Positions 28,107 to 36,976 of a stretch of DNA of 64,000 nt are shown here, piece by piece. The DNA lies in IMG/VR virus record IMGVR_UViG_2724679223_000002, positions 1 to 64,000 of that record. One strand, written 5' to 3'. The position numbers and the translations under genes are program-made. The DNA is from a virus. Its lineage: Duplodnaviria; Caudoviricetes. Positions within the stretch are counted from its first letter, which is position 1. Each line of letters opens with the position of its first letter. The notes under the pieces were generated by a model. It was not told the DNA's origin. It made no database searches and saw nothing but the letters and a program-made list of their open reading frames with translations.

Positions 28107-29081
28107 TTAAATAGTACTTATCATTCTGCTTGCCGCTTTTAAATAGTCCATATTGATAAGTCCCCCAGTTTTTTCAAAATTTTCTCCCTCATTGATAAGT
28201 AAAGTAACCATTCCTAACAAGTTCTCTAAAATTCTTGCAGAGCCTTTGCTCTCTTTGTATAAATAGCTTACAATCTTAACTATTTGCTCTTCCTTGTAAT
28301 AGTGTAAATCGTCATTTATAAACTTTCTGAAAATTGCATCCACATCTTCTATTTTTAATTCGCTCAATAACATCCAAATAACAGCTCTTGAATATAAGTA
28401 TTCATATTCACCCCTTAAACCTGTAATCTGATGTCTTAGTTTTTCCGTCCCGGATAAAACAAGTCCAATTCCTGTTTGATCCACAATAGCTCTGATGTTA
28501 TCGATAACCTTTGCTGTCAAATGTTCCGACTCATCTATAATGATGATTGTCTCAGTAAATTTTAACCTAGTTTTGATTTCTTCTTTTAAATCGTAAACTC
28601 TTTTTTTATGATCCATCTTCAATTCACGAGCTATCTTCCTCATCATTACCGTTGCATTGTCCCCATTTTCCGCAGTGATAAATAAAATCTTTGCTCCATA
28701 AATTCTTCTATATTCTTGCAAAGAGTGCGTTTTTCCAATCCCTGCTCTTCCGATAATATATGCAATCTTAGCAGATCCTAAAATTTCATTTGCGGCATTG
28801 GAAGCTACATACTTTTTAATTGTATCAATCGCAAAGAAAATTTTTCTTTTTACTTCTGTATTAGCCGAAAATGTAATTCTCTTCATTCCCGACTTATGCC
28901 TTTCTAAAAAATCTTCTATCTTCATGAGATATTCTTCCATCTGCCCTTTATAAGTACCTTTTCTAATTTCAGAAAGAGTACTTCCTCCAATACCTATCAT
29001 ATTTGCTATCTTGCTATAAGATAGCCCTTTATTCTGAGCGAAACGCTCCAATTTTTCTATTGTTTTTTCTCTATCATTCAT
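28107..29081 (-). CDS. MuB-like transposition AAA+ ATPase
   Basis: N-terminal HTH, GRAGIGKT, IIIIDESEHL, VLSG, LYSR. Confidence 0.9.
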   Translation of the reverse strand: MNDREKTIEKLERFAQNKGLSYSKIANMIGIGGSTLSEIRKGTYKGQMEEYLMKIEDFLERHKSGMKRITFSANTEVKRKIFFAIDTIKKYVASNAANEILGSAKIAYIIGRAGIGKTHSLQEYRRIYGAKILFITAENGDNATVMMRKIARELKMDHKKRVYDLKEEIKTRLKFTETIIIIDESEHLTAKVIDNIRAIVDQTGIGLVLSGTEKLRHQITGLRGEYEYLYSRAVIWMLLSELKIEDVDAIFRKFINDDLHYYKEEQIVKIVSYLYKESKGSARILENLLGMVTLLINEGENFEKTGGLINMDYLKAASRMISTI

Positions 29082-29089
29082 TTTTCCTC

Positions 29090-30946
29090 CTAATCAATAG
29101 GAATTTCAAATCCGCCTACCTTAATACTTTTCTCTTTCTTTTTCTCCGGTATTTTTTTTAAGTTTTCGATAATCTCTACTCTTTCTGCCGTTTCTTCAAT
29201 ATATTGAATAGCTTTTACATTAGATAGCTCTGATTTTAATTCCATTTCTTCTCGAACCAATTTTGTAACTTTTCTCTTTTTCCTTGCAATTGTCTTATAT
29301 TGATGAATAGTCTCCCAGCCATCATGACTCAATAGCGTAGCTTTGCATAAAAATTCTCCGGTCATTAAATATACATACATATATTTCAAATCATTCGGAT
29401 CATATTTAACCCTTACTTTTTCTTTTAAGTGCAAGTATAATTTTTCATGTTCATATATATTTTCCAAGAAAGTTATGCCATTCTGTCCGATTGTTCTTAC
29501 ATCTTCATATAAGAACAATATTCTTAACCGTTCCTCCGGAATCATAAATCTTTGATTTTCCGGAAGTTCTTCTTCCATCACTTGCAAAGGGTATCGTCCA
29601 TTCATCCCGTGACCTCTATGTCCTTCGCCTCGAAGAACATAATATGTTTCATTTTTATAATCCACAAACCCAGCAATCAAAGCTTCAATATCTTCTTGTT
29701 CAAAAATCATATTCTGTAAGTCTTTGTTTTTCGCTATTTTTCTCACAGTATCCGGTCTTTCTATGATATTTCCACCTTTATAAGTTAAAAACCTCGTAGC
29801 GAAACTCTTTTTGAAATCAACAAACATACGTTCAATGTTTTTAGCTTGTGCATTATATGGATTTGCATGCCTTTGCTTTTCTTTTGTAATTCCTAAAGAA
29901 GTATAAATTCCGTCTGTTTCATCCGTTCCTTTTAATATTCCCCCTTTATATGCTCGCCCATTATCAGTATAAATAGCTTTTGGTCTTCCCCACTTTTGAA
30001 TTCCGTTTTTCAAAGCCATAGCAATGCTTTCGGTATCTTCTTCCCAACTAAGAGTCCAACCTACAATCAACCTTGATTTTACGTCCATCCATAAAATCCA
30101 CTTTGGACTTGCATAGTATCTGCTTCCGTCTTTATTTTTCCGGAAAGGATGATAGCATTGAAACTCCACATCGTGTCCGTCCGATACCCAAATATCGTTC
30201 GGTTTTAACAGACTATAATCCCTCAAAATATATGGAATATGCGTATCTTTAAATTCCTTATCATTCATTCTTCCGTAGTCTTTCGTCAAACTAGAAATAT
30301 CTTTTTTTAGATAATTCCGAATGATTGCATAAGAAACAGCTTCAATCCCATATTGTTCTCTGATTCGAACGCAAACTTCCTTCATAGATAATTTATTTTT
30401 TGTTAAATACAGAGCCTTTGCCATATCTGCAATTTCCGGAGTCATTTTTCTTAAGCCTCGACTCTTTCCATATCCAGTCGCTAATGCCAGTGGATTTTCT
30501 TTGTTTTTTCGATAAATCCCATACCATCTTTGCAATGTTTTTACAGAAAGTTTATTGATATGCTCCATGTACTCCGGGAACGCTTCTTTTGCATTTTCCA
30601 CAAATTTTTCAATAATAAATGCTTTTTGTCCTAATTCTTCTTCATATGCTTTTTCCAAAGCTATGCACAAACAATATCTACTCCAAGCAATTTGCTGATT
30701 CCAAGTGGGTAATTCATCGATTTGTCTATATTCCGGTAAAGCTACTGTTCTAGTCTTCGAGGTATCTTCCAAAGTAACAGGAGCTAAATAAGCATCCACA
30801 TCTGCCTTTAAATATACATTTTTTATTGTCCCGTTATCTTTTACCTTTTGAATTTGCCAATTCTCTTTTTTAGCAAGTCTGGCAACTGTCATTCTACTTT
30901 TTCCCAGTAGTCTTTCTACCTCTTGCGTGGTATAAAACTTATCCAT
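29090..30946 (-). CDS. MuA-like DDE transposase
   Basis: WVSDGH, YTDNGRAY, AKNIERMF; Mu transposase C-terminus VRVKYDPND. Confidence 0.95.
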   Translation of the reverse strand: MDKFYTTQEVERLLGKSRMTVARLAKKENWQIQKVKDNGTIKNVYLKADVDAYLAPVTLEDTSKTRTVALPEYRQIDELPTWNQQIAWSRYCLCIALEKAYEEELGQKAFIIEKFVENAKEAFPEYMEHINKLSVKTLQRWYGIYRKNKENPLALATGYGKSRGLRKMTPEIADMAKALYLTKNKLSMKEVCVRIREQYGIEAVSYAIIRNYLKKDISSLTKDYGRMNDKEFKDTHIPYILRDYSLLKPNDIWVSDGHDVEFQCYHPFRKNKDGSRYYASPKWILWMDVKSRLIVGWTLSWEEDTESIAMALKNGIQKWGRPKAIYTDNGRAYKGGILKGTDETDGIYTSLGITKEKQRHANPYNAQAKNIERMFVDFKKSFATRFLTYKGGNIIERPDTVRKIAKNKDLQNMIFEQEDIEALIAGFVDYKNETYYVLRGEGHRGHGMNGRYPLQVMEEELPENQRFMIPEERLRILFLYEDVRTIGQNGITFLENIYEHEKLYLHLKEKVRVKYDPNDLKYMYVYLMTGEFLCKATLLSHDGWETIHQYKTIARKKRKVTKLVREEMELKSELSNVKAIQYIEETAERVEIIENLKKIPEKKKEKSIKVGGFEIPID

Positions 30947-30955
30947 AACACCACC

Positions 30956-31357
30956 CTATTTCAATGTAATATCTAACTCCTTTTCAATATTTTGTTTCAA
31001 TCCTTCATCCTGCACAGTTCCTCTCACAACTGCATAAATCTTTTGTCTGTCTTCTCCTAACATTTCTTCCAATTCTTTTGTCTGTTTTTCTTTTAAAAAC
31101 ATTGCTTTTTGAAAATTTTTGAAATTTTTATCTCGTTCACGAATTGACTTTGGAACCCTTTCCAACTCTTTTTTCAAAAGAAGTTCCTTCTCTTTTGGAA
31201 CTTCCCCTCTCATGAATTTTTCCCAACTGCTAATCCCCATAATCTTTTTTGCATAAATAATAGATACTTCTGCCTCTATCATTTCACAACGCAAAGCCAT
31301 TGTTCTTTCCAAAGCTTCCTGATACCTTTTTACTTTTCCCTCTACTATTTGATTCAT
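30956..31357 (-). CDS. Hypothetical DNA-binding protein (Ner-like position)
   Basis: Immediately upstream of transposase. Confidence 0.5.
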   Translation of the reverse strand: MNQIVEGKVKRYQEALERTMALRCEMIEAEVSIIYAKKIMGISSWEKFMRGEVPKEKELLLKKELERVPKSIRERDKNFKNFQKAMFLKEKQTKELEEMLGEDRQKIYAVVRGTVQDEGLKQNIEKELDITLK

Positions 31358-31358
31358 A

Positions 31359-31460
31359 TTACCCCACCAACTTCTCTACTTTTTGAATCATTCGTGCATA
31401 GACTTCCGGATGCTTTTTCATCTCTTGTAATAACCATTCTAATTGTTTTTTTTCTGCCAT
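31359..31460 (-). CDS. 33-aa peptide MAEKKQLEWLLQEMKKHPEVYARMIQKVEKLVG
   Basis: RBS AGGAGG; stop abuts next start. Confidence 0.5.
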   Translation of the reverse strand: MAEKKQLEWLLQEMKKHPEVYARMIQKVEKLVG

Positions 31461-31474
31461 TTTGCCCTCCTTTA

Positions 31475-31557
31475 TGCTATAATAAAGGCAAGCTATATTA
31501 GCATATAGCTCACCTTGTGATTAGGCAGTGTCCGGCAAGACTCATCTGCCTAATCCT
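31475..31557 (+). ncRNA. Candidate antisense RNA with two hairpins
   Basis: TG-c-TATAAT at 31475-83; AGCTATAT/ATATAGCT and GATTAGGCAG/CTGCCTAATC stems. Confidence 0.4.
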
Positions 31558-32329
31558 CTAAAAGTATGCCTCGCTTTTTGTACCATTGTTTAATGCTTGC
31601 CATACTCTTATTCCCTATATACTCCATCATTTCTTCTTTCTTCCCTTTTCTCCAAAATTCCAACGCAACAGAATGTCGTAATTCACTGAGAGTTAATTGC
31701 TCCCCTAAAAACTCTTTCGTATATTTTCTTAAAAGTAAGTAAACATTCGTTACGTGCATTTTCTTTTCTTGTATGCCAAAAATATATCCTTCTATTTCAT
31801 TTTGCTCTGTATAATCTATCATTTCTTTTGCTAATTCTTTCTTGATTTTATGTCCTCTTAAAAACCACCCTTCCTCCCTTGATTCTAAGTCTTGTACCTT
31901 ATACTCTAAAACTTCCTTTGGATGCTTTCCAACCTCCAAAATCGTCTTAAATAAGATCCGCTCCCTTTTAGGAATACTAGCTAATAATAAAGATAATTCG
32001 TCTATTGTAACAATTCTCCCTCCTTCTTGCCTTTTGTACTTCGTAATATTCTTTGTGATTTCCATATTCATGACTTCTTCAAAGAAAAATTCCAAAGCAT
32101 TTAATTTCACAAGAATTGTATTTTCAGACTCCCCTCTATCTTGTAGAAGGAAGTCCAAATACCTGATAATATCTTGTTTTGACATATAAAGAATATCTTT
32201 ATCGGTAAATTCTAAAAAGTCCTTTGTAACTCTCATATAGACTTCTGTGGTAGATGCTGCATATTCCCGAAACAGCAACTCGGAATGAAGCATCATCAGA
32301 TCAATTTCCCAGCTATTCTTCCCGTCCAT
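31550..32329 (-). CDS. Tyrosine recombinase-like protein with degenerate catalytic residues
   Basis: SAM-like N-terminus (LNALEFFF); GKHPKE, SELRHSVA, IGN...WY instead of R, HxxR, H, Y. Confidence 0.7.
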   Translation of the reverse strand: MDGKNSWEIDLMMLHSELLFREYAASTTEVYMRVTKDFLEFTDKDILYMSKQDIIRYLDFLLQDRGESENTILVKLNALEFFFEEVMNMEITKNITKYKRQEGGRIVTIDELSLLLASIPKRERILFKTILEVGKHPKEVLEYKVQDLESREEGWFLRGHKIKKELAKEMIDYTEQNEIEGYIFGIQEKKMHVTNVYLLLRKYTKEFLGEQLTLSELRHSVALEFWRKGKKEEMMEYIGNKSMASIKQWYKKRGILLED

Positions 32330-32930
32330 TAAAACCGCCATTGATAATTTCTCTACATGCCGCATATGCTTTGACAAAATCTTTTTGTGCTTCTTGTACT
32401 CTTTTTTCCAAGACATCCATTCTTTCCATCAAAACATCGTATTTTTTCGCTACATCTTCCAACTTTTCTAAGATTTCATCATCTCCATCACGCACTTCTT
32501 CCGTTAAATCCTTGATTTGTAATAACAATTCTTCGCTTTTGTTATTGGCTATCACAGGATTCCCTTGAACGATTTCCCCTCTTCGAATTTTTTTCAAAAC
32601 CCCTCTGACGAACTTACGAAGGGCTTTCGCACGGTCGGTATTCGCAAGCAACAAAATTTCATAAAGTCCCTCTTCTGTAAAGAGTCTTTTTTCTCGTTGT
32701 TTTTTCACCCCTCCTTCCATAGAATCCACTTTACAAAGAATGGAAAACTCTCGATTTCTTAACTCCGGATTTCTTATCATTACTTGTTTCAAAGAAGATT
32801 CATCTTTAAATCCAACGGCTTCTGTTATTTGATCTGCTGTGAAAAGAAAATCGTCTTCTCCTCGATAAATATCCAACAAGACTCCTTCAAATCTTTGGCT
32901 GGTAATTAGTTCTCCTTTAAATTCTTTCAT
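32313..32930 (-). CDS. BRO-N domain antirepressor-like protein
   Basis: LFTEEGLYE...RAKALRKFV..VLKKIRRG. Confidence 0.8.
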   Translation of the reverse strand: MKEFKGELITSQRFEGVLLDIYRGEDDFLFTADQITEAVGFKDESSLKQVMIRNPELRNREFSILCKVDSMEGGVKKQREKRLFTEEGLYEILLLANTDRAKALRKFVRGVLKKIRRGEIVQGNPVIANNKSEELLLQIKDLTEEVRDGDDEILEKLEDVAKKYDVLMERMDVLEKRVQEAQKDFVKAYAACREIINGGFNGREE

Positions 32931-33037
32931 TTTTTCCTCCTGTCTAAATTTTATTAAAATGTGTACTGCTTTCTTTTGTTTGATTTTTTCTCTCCAAAAA
33001 GTTATAATAATGAAAAACGATTTGGAGGTAACTTATT

Positions 33038-33436
33038 ATGAAAAAAAACTTTCTTATTCATGAATTAAAACGAAAAATAGAATGGATTAAACAAATAAAC
33101 CATATTCACCATCAAATTCTTTTTGTAATTCCTTCAGGGACTGTCCAAGCAGATGTCATTTGGATTAAAGATTATGATAAACACAGTACTCTTGTTCCTG
33201 AAAATTCAGAATCTGGTATTCACATGATTTCTTTAATACAATCTCTGAACAAGCGTTTCTTTAAAAATGCTTCTGATTTTGATACTCATTTTTTCCCTGA
33301 ATTTACAGAACATGACGCATTGTTTTTAGAGAATGTTACTTTAACAACAGCCGGAAATACGATGAAATTAAACAGTTTAGTTCTTTTTCCTGAAGAAATT
33401 ATTGCTATTTCTGCTATTCGTCTCCGTGAAGAATAG
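33038..33436 (+). CDS. Counter-oriented moron, hypothetical protein
   Basis: Own promoter TTGATT(32980-85)-17-TATAAT(33003-08) and GGAGG RBS. Confidence 0.65.
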   Translation: MKKNFLIHELKRKIEWIKQINHIHHQILFVIPSGTVQADVIWIKDYDKHSTLVPENSESGIHMISLIQSLNKRFFKNASDFDTHFFPEFTEHDALFLENVTLTTAGNTMKLNSLVLFPEEIIAISAIRLREE

Positions 33437-33641
33437 CCCGAGCTTTTTTTCGTCTTTCTCGCCAAATATTTTCATAAAATTCTATTTCTTTTAATATTAA
33501 ATCTAGTTGTAACTTCATTTGTTCATCATGAGTTTTGTTATATTCCTTTGCATATTCCATAGAAATATGTTCTAGTATTTCTGAATAATGCAAAGGATTT
33601 TTTTTTAGCCACTTAATAACTTCTAATTCCAATGCTTCCAT
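33414..33641 (-). CDS. Hypothetical early protein
   Basis: RBS AAGGAG. Confidence 0.55.
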   Translation of the reverse strand: MEALELEVIKWLKKNPLHYSEILEHISMEYAKEYNKTHDEQMKLQLDLILKEIEFYENIWRERRKKARAILHGDE

Positions 33642-33838
33642 ATTTTCTCTCCTTTCTGTTATTTAAAATAACTTTTATTTTTTTATGCCATTTAATTCTC
33701 ATATATCACTCCCTTTCTTTTTTTCTTTGATAAATTGCCAATGTTCAAAATTATTTCTCATAAATCATCCCCTTTTCTATATTTTTTACATTTAACATCA
33801 TTTTGTTTTTATTTTTTTGTATTCAATCCCCCCTTTCT
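33613..33838 (-). repeat. Four AGAAA(A)GG-type RBS units at about 60-bp period with micro-ORFs
   Basis: Units end at 33657, 33718, 33778, 33838; ORFs 33699..33761 (20 aa) and 33613..33702 (29 aa). Confidence 0.5.
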
Positions 33839-33863
33839 CAAATTATCTACATTTGACGGTTTT

Positions 33864-34049
33864 TTGAATTTTCTTTTAAATTGTGATATAATATTCTGTA
33901 AATAAAGTTGATTTTTACAATGATAAATGTAATTTTTTATATTTTAACTACGTTTGTAGCTTATATTTTACTTATATAATAATTTTTGTAATTTGTCAAC
34001 TGTTTTTTTACGTTTGTTTATAATTTTTAAAAAAATAATTACGTTTGTA
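33864..34049. promoter_or_regulatory. Immunity region: convergent promoters and operator repeats
   Basis: + TTGAAT-17-TATAAT with TG extension (33864-92); - TTGACA-17-TATAAG (33999-71); TACGTTTGT at 33949, 34009, 34040. Confidence 0.6.
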
Positions 34050-34066
34050 ATGAAAGGAGGCTATTT

Positions 34067-34693
34067 ATGAAAGATATAGGAAAAAAAATTGCTTATTTAA
34101 GAGAGAAAAATAAAATGACTCAAGTAGAGTTGGCAAAAAAATTAGGTATTGCCACCCAAAGTATTGTAAATTATGAAACAGGAAAACGCTTAATTCCACT
34201 TGATGTATTAGAAAAGACAGCTATATACTTCGGTATTCCCATTGAAAAGTTTTTTAATGTGAAAGATGAAGACTTTAAAAATATTGAATCTTCTGTAAGC
34301 GAGTTTAAGAAAATTCCTATTATTTCCCGTGTCAGTGCAGGAAGAGGGGAATGGGCAAACGAAGAAATTTTAGATTGGTTGGAATTACCGGTTTCTATCT
34401 GTAAAAATGCAGATTTTGCTACCTTTATCAAAGGAGATTCGATGGAACCTCGAATCAAGGATGGAGAAATTATTTTGGTAAAACAAGATATATGCTTAGA
34501 TACCGGAGATATTGGAGTATTTCGCATTGGTGATGAAGTATTCTGTAAAAAGTTTTATTATAACCCGATCACCGGAGAAAGCATGTTAAAATCTATCAAT
34601 ACCAAGTATGATCCAATTTATGTAGATAAAGACGATTGGGAGAAATATAAGTGTCTTGGAAAAGTGTTATGTTCCATTGATTACAACTTTTAA
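34067..34693 (+). CDS. CI/LexA-like repressor (XRE HTH plus S24 peptidase)
   Basis: TQVELAKKLG...YETGKR; SAG, GDSMEP, FCKK. Confidence 0.95.
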   Translation: MKDIGKKIAYLREKNKMTQVELAKKLGIATQSIVNYETGKRLIPLDVLEKTAIYFGIPIEKFFNVKDEDFKNIESSVSEFKKIPIISRVSAGRGEWANEEILDWLELPVSICKNADFATFIKGDSMEPRIKDGEIILVKQDICLDTGDIGVFRIGDEVFCKKFYYNPITGESMLKSINTKYDPIYVDKDDWEKYKCLGKVLCSIDYNF

Positions 34694-34706
34694 AAGTGTA
34701 TCATTT

Positions 34707-34745
34707 CAACTAGGTGACAGTTTGTCACCTAGTTGTTTTTCTTTT
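34707..34745 (+). terminator. Intrinsic terminator after repressor
   Basis: CAACTAGGTGACA-GTT-TGTCACCTAGTTG then T tract. Confidence 0.8.
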
Positions 34746-35029
34746 GGTATTTATAAAAAAATTTAAAAGTACATTTCTTTTCCTCCGCTTTTTTAGTGTT
34801 TATTTTTCGGATTTTTTCTATTTCTTTGAAAAAAATGACCTTGTGCAGTCTTTTCCTGTTCAGTGATTTTACGACTTTCTAAGAATATCCAAGCTTTCCC
34901 TCGTTGAACATAGCATTTTTTTCTATGCACAAAAAAGCCCTCTTGTGCAGTGGATTTTCCCTTTCAAAAAATAAAAAAAGACTCCAAAGAGCCCTATTGA
35001 ACAACTTTTGTATCTTTCACGAAAATTCT

Positions 35030-35205
35030 CACTTATTTTCATTTTTGTTGCACATTTTCACATTTTTCTTTCATTTTTTCTCACAAATTTTCACAAACAT
35101 TCTGAGGAAAATCTATCTTTATACTTCAATTTCTTTTTTAATTTCAATACTTTTCTTTCATTTTTTATTTTCTCTTTAAAATCTCAAACTATATATCCCC
35201 CCACA
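35030..35205 (-). repeat. Mu-type end with transposase-binding repeats
   Basis: TTTTCTTTCATTTTTT at 35064-79 and 35151-66, variant near 35032; terminal CA at 35204-35205 (TG on minus). Confidence 0.6.
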
Positions 35206-36035
35206 GCTAGCACTACTTCTCTATCTGCTCGCAACTGTTTAGAAGCGAATCTGAAAACGTACCATGCTTTCTTTATCGCTGACAAAATTACTTTTTTGTC
35301 ATTTTTAATTTCTTCGTCAGCATATTCAAGCAAAGAAGGCTTTTCTTCTATTTTTTTTAATATTTCTTTTATTTTTTCTTCTTTAAAAGGGTTAGTGAAA
35401 TCCCCTTTTACTTTTTTTAGAATCTCTTCAAGATTCTCATATTTTTGTGTCTCCTCGACAGCTTTCAAAATATCTTTGTCGTCGCATTTTTTTAGTAAAA
35501 TACTCTCGATATTTTGTTTTATGAGTTCTCTTTTTTGTTCTTTGTTTTCTATATCACATTTTAATTTATATTGCATTGTTCGCAATATTTCATTAGAAAT
35601 GTTTTCTAAAACTACATCTTTATCTTTTCGTAGTCTTAAAGAAGCAAAATCTAAAGGGATAGCATACTTACCCTTCATCGCTTGTAAGACGAATTCTTTA
35701 TCGTCTTTCAATTCGTCAGACGCTTTATCTAATGCCCAGTTATCTAGTGATAACATTTCGAGCATAAAATCTTTATCTGCTCTTATTTCTTCACTTGCGA
35801 ATTTTAACAATCCAATTCCTCGTTTTGCAGCTATATCTTGTTTTATAACTGCTCTAACGATTTCTTTATCGTTTTGAAATTGCTCAGTAAAACGAAATAC
35901 AGAAGTGTTAATTTTTAAGACTTCAATTAAAAAGTCTCTATTTTTTAACAATTCTTTTTCATCGCTTGTTGGTTCAGTGTGACTATTTTTAATCTTTTCT
36001 AAAAAAATTTCTTTCGCTAGGTTCTCATTTTTCAT
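35184..36035 (-). pseudogene. DUF4116 repeat protein truncated by the prophage 1 insertion
   Basis: Repeats ASEEIRADKDFML / ASDELKDDKEFVL / ASKQLRADREVVLA; last repeat breaks at the TG end. Confidence 0.7.
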
Positions 36036-36055
36036 ATTTTTCCTCCTGAATTCTT

Positions 36056-36859
36056 TTATTTTTCAATAAACTCTGCTGTTTGAGAGTTCACTCTTAAAAT
36101 ATTATATTGATAATTATTGTCGTAGAAATATACTGAAAAGGTTTCTTTTTCAAAAGAAACACTTATTTCTTCGCAACCTCTATTTTCTAAACCTTTTTTA
36201 ATGAAGAAAAACGCTTTTCTCACGTCTTCTCCTTCAAGGTTTTTCAAAACTTCTTTTTGCAGCTCAGCGAAGTTGATTGCTTGCGATTTCTTTTCCTCTA
36301 TTTTCACAAAATCTCCATAGACAACATCACATAAACTAATGATTTGTCTATTCTTTTTTACTCCTGTGAAGTATCTCTCTTCTTCTAAAGAGATTCCACA
36401 GGTTTTTGCAAATCTTTCAAGAAGCTCTTCGGCAGCTTCTATTTTTGTATCTTCCAAGATCTTTGCAGTCATTGCTACAAATTCTACCTTTTTCAAAGTT
36501 TCTTGAGAAAGATATTTTTTTGTTTTTTCTGCAAAAATCGCTGGAATCATAATTTTTTTAATTTTTTCAGGTCTTACTTCTGGAACTACGAATTCTTCAT
36601 AAATTCCATAGTATTTGTCGTTAGAAGCCATTTCATTTCTTGTAGCTTCAACTTCTACTTCCAAAAGTACAATACCATAGAGAGGAAAACTATTCAATTC
36701 AGAAATTGGCTTGAATAGATATACCACATCAGTAGAATTATTACCTCTGCTGTTACTTTCCCATCTATCGTTTTTTGTAACAGACAAAGGTTGTAGCCCC
36801 TCTTTTAATATTTTTTCTAAATCAGCTACATCACAGTTGTGGTATAATTTCATTTCCAT
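36056..36859 (-). CDS. ADP-ribosyltransferase-fold protein
   Basis: LYH...LEKILKEGLQP, VVYL, YEEFVV...V.PEKI (H-Y-E-like ART/KptA/DarT pattern). Confidence 0.55.
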   Translation of the reverse strand: MEMKLYHNCDVADLEKILKEGLQPLSVTKNDRWESNSRGNNSTDVVYLFKPISELNSFPLYGIVLLEVEVEATRNEMASNDKYYGIYEEFVVPEVRPEKIKKIMIPAIFAEKTKKYLSQETLKKVEFVAMTAKILEDTKIEAAEELLERFAKTCGISLEEERYFTGVKKNRQIISLCDVVYGDFVKIEEKKSQAINFAELQKEVLKNLEGEDVRKAFFFIKKGLENRGCEEISVSFEKETFSVYFYDNNYQYNILRVNSQTAEFIEK

Positions 36860-36879
36860 TCCTCCTTTTTTTCTTCTTT

Positions 36880-36917
36880 CTTGATTATAGTATACACTTT
36901 AATCAAGTGTATGTCAA
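36880..36917 (-). promoter_or_regulatory. Promoter with operator palindrome
   Basis: TTGACA-17-TATACT; CTTGATTA (36880-87) / TAATCAAG (36900-07). Confidence 0.75.
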
Positions 36918-36928
36918 TAGATATATTA

Positions 36929-36958
36929 AAAAAAACAGGATTTTACTCCTGTTTTTTT
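36929..36958. terminator. Bidirectional intrinsic terminator closing the mini-array transcript
   Basis: AAAAAAACAGGA-TTTTAC-TCCTGTTTTTTT. Confidence 0.75.
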
Positions 36959-36976
36959 CTTGTAAAGGTTGAATAA

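Larger units (their letters stand above)
1..35205 (-). mobile_element. Prophage 1: transposable (Mu-type) myovirus; other end lies left of the window
   Basis: Repressor, DDE transposase, AAA ATPase, GemA/DUF3164, head, contractile tail and lysis genes in order; TG terminus with repeated end sites near 35205. Confidence 0.9.

Noticed and set aside
31550-32416. Integrase as evidence for att-site integration of prophage 1
   Set aside because: Catalytic residues degenerate, gene internal to the early operon, and a Mu-type end is present
35008-35877. 289-aa plus-strand ORF
   Set aside because: Antisense shadow of the DUF4116 gene; Phe/Ser/Leu-rich, no RBS, spans the prophage junction
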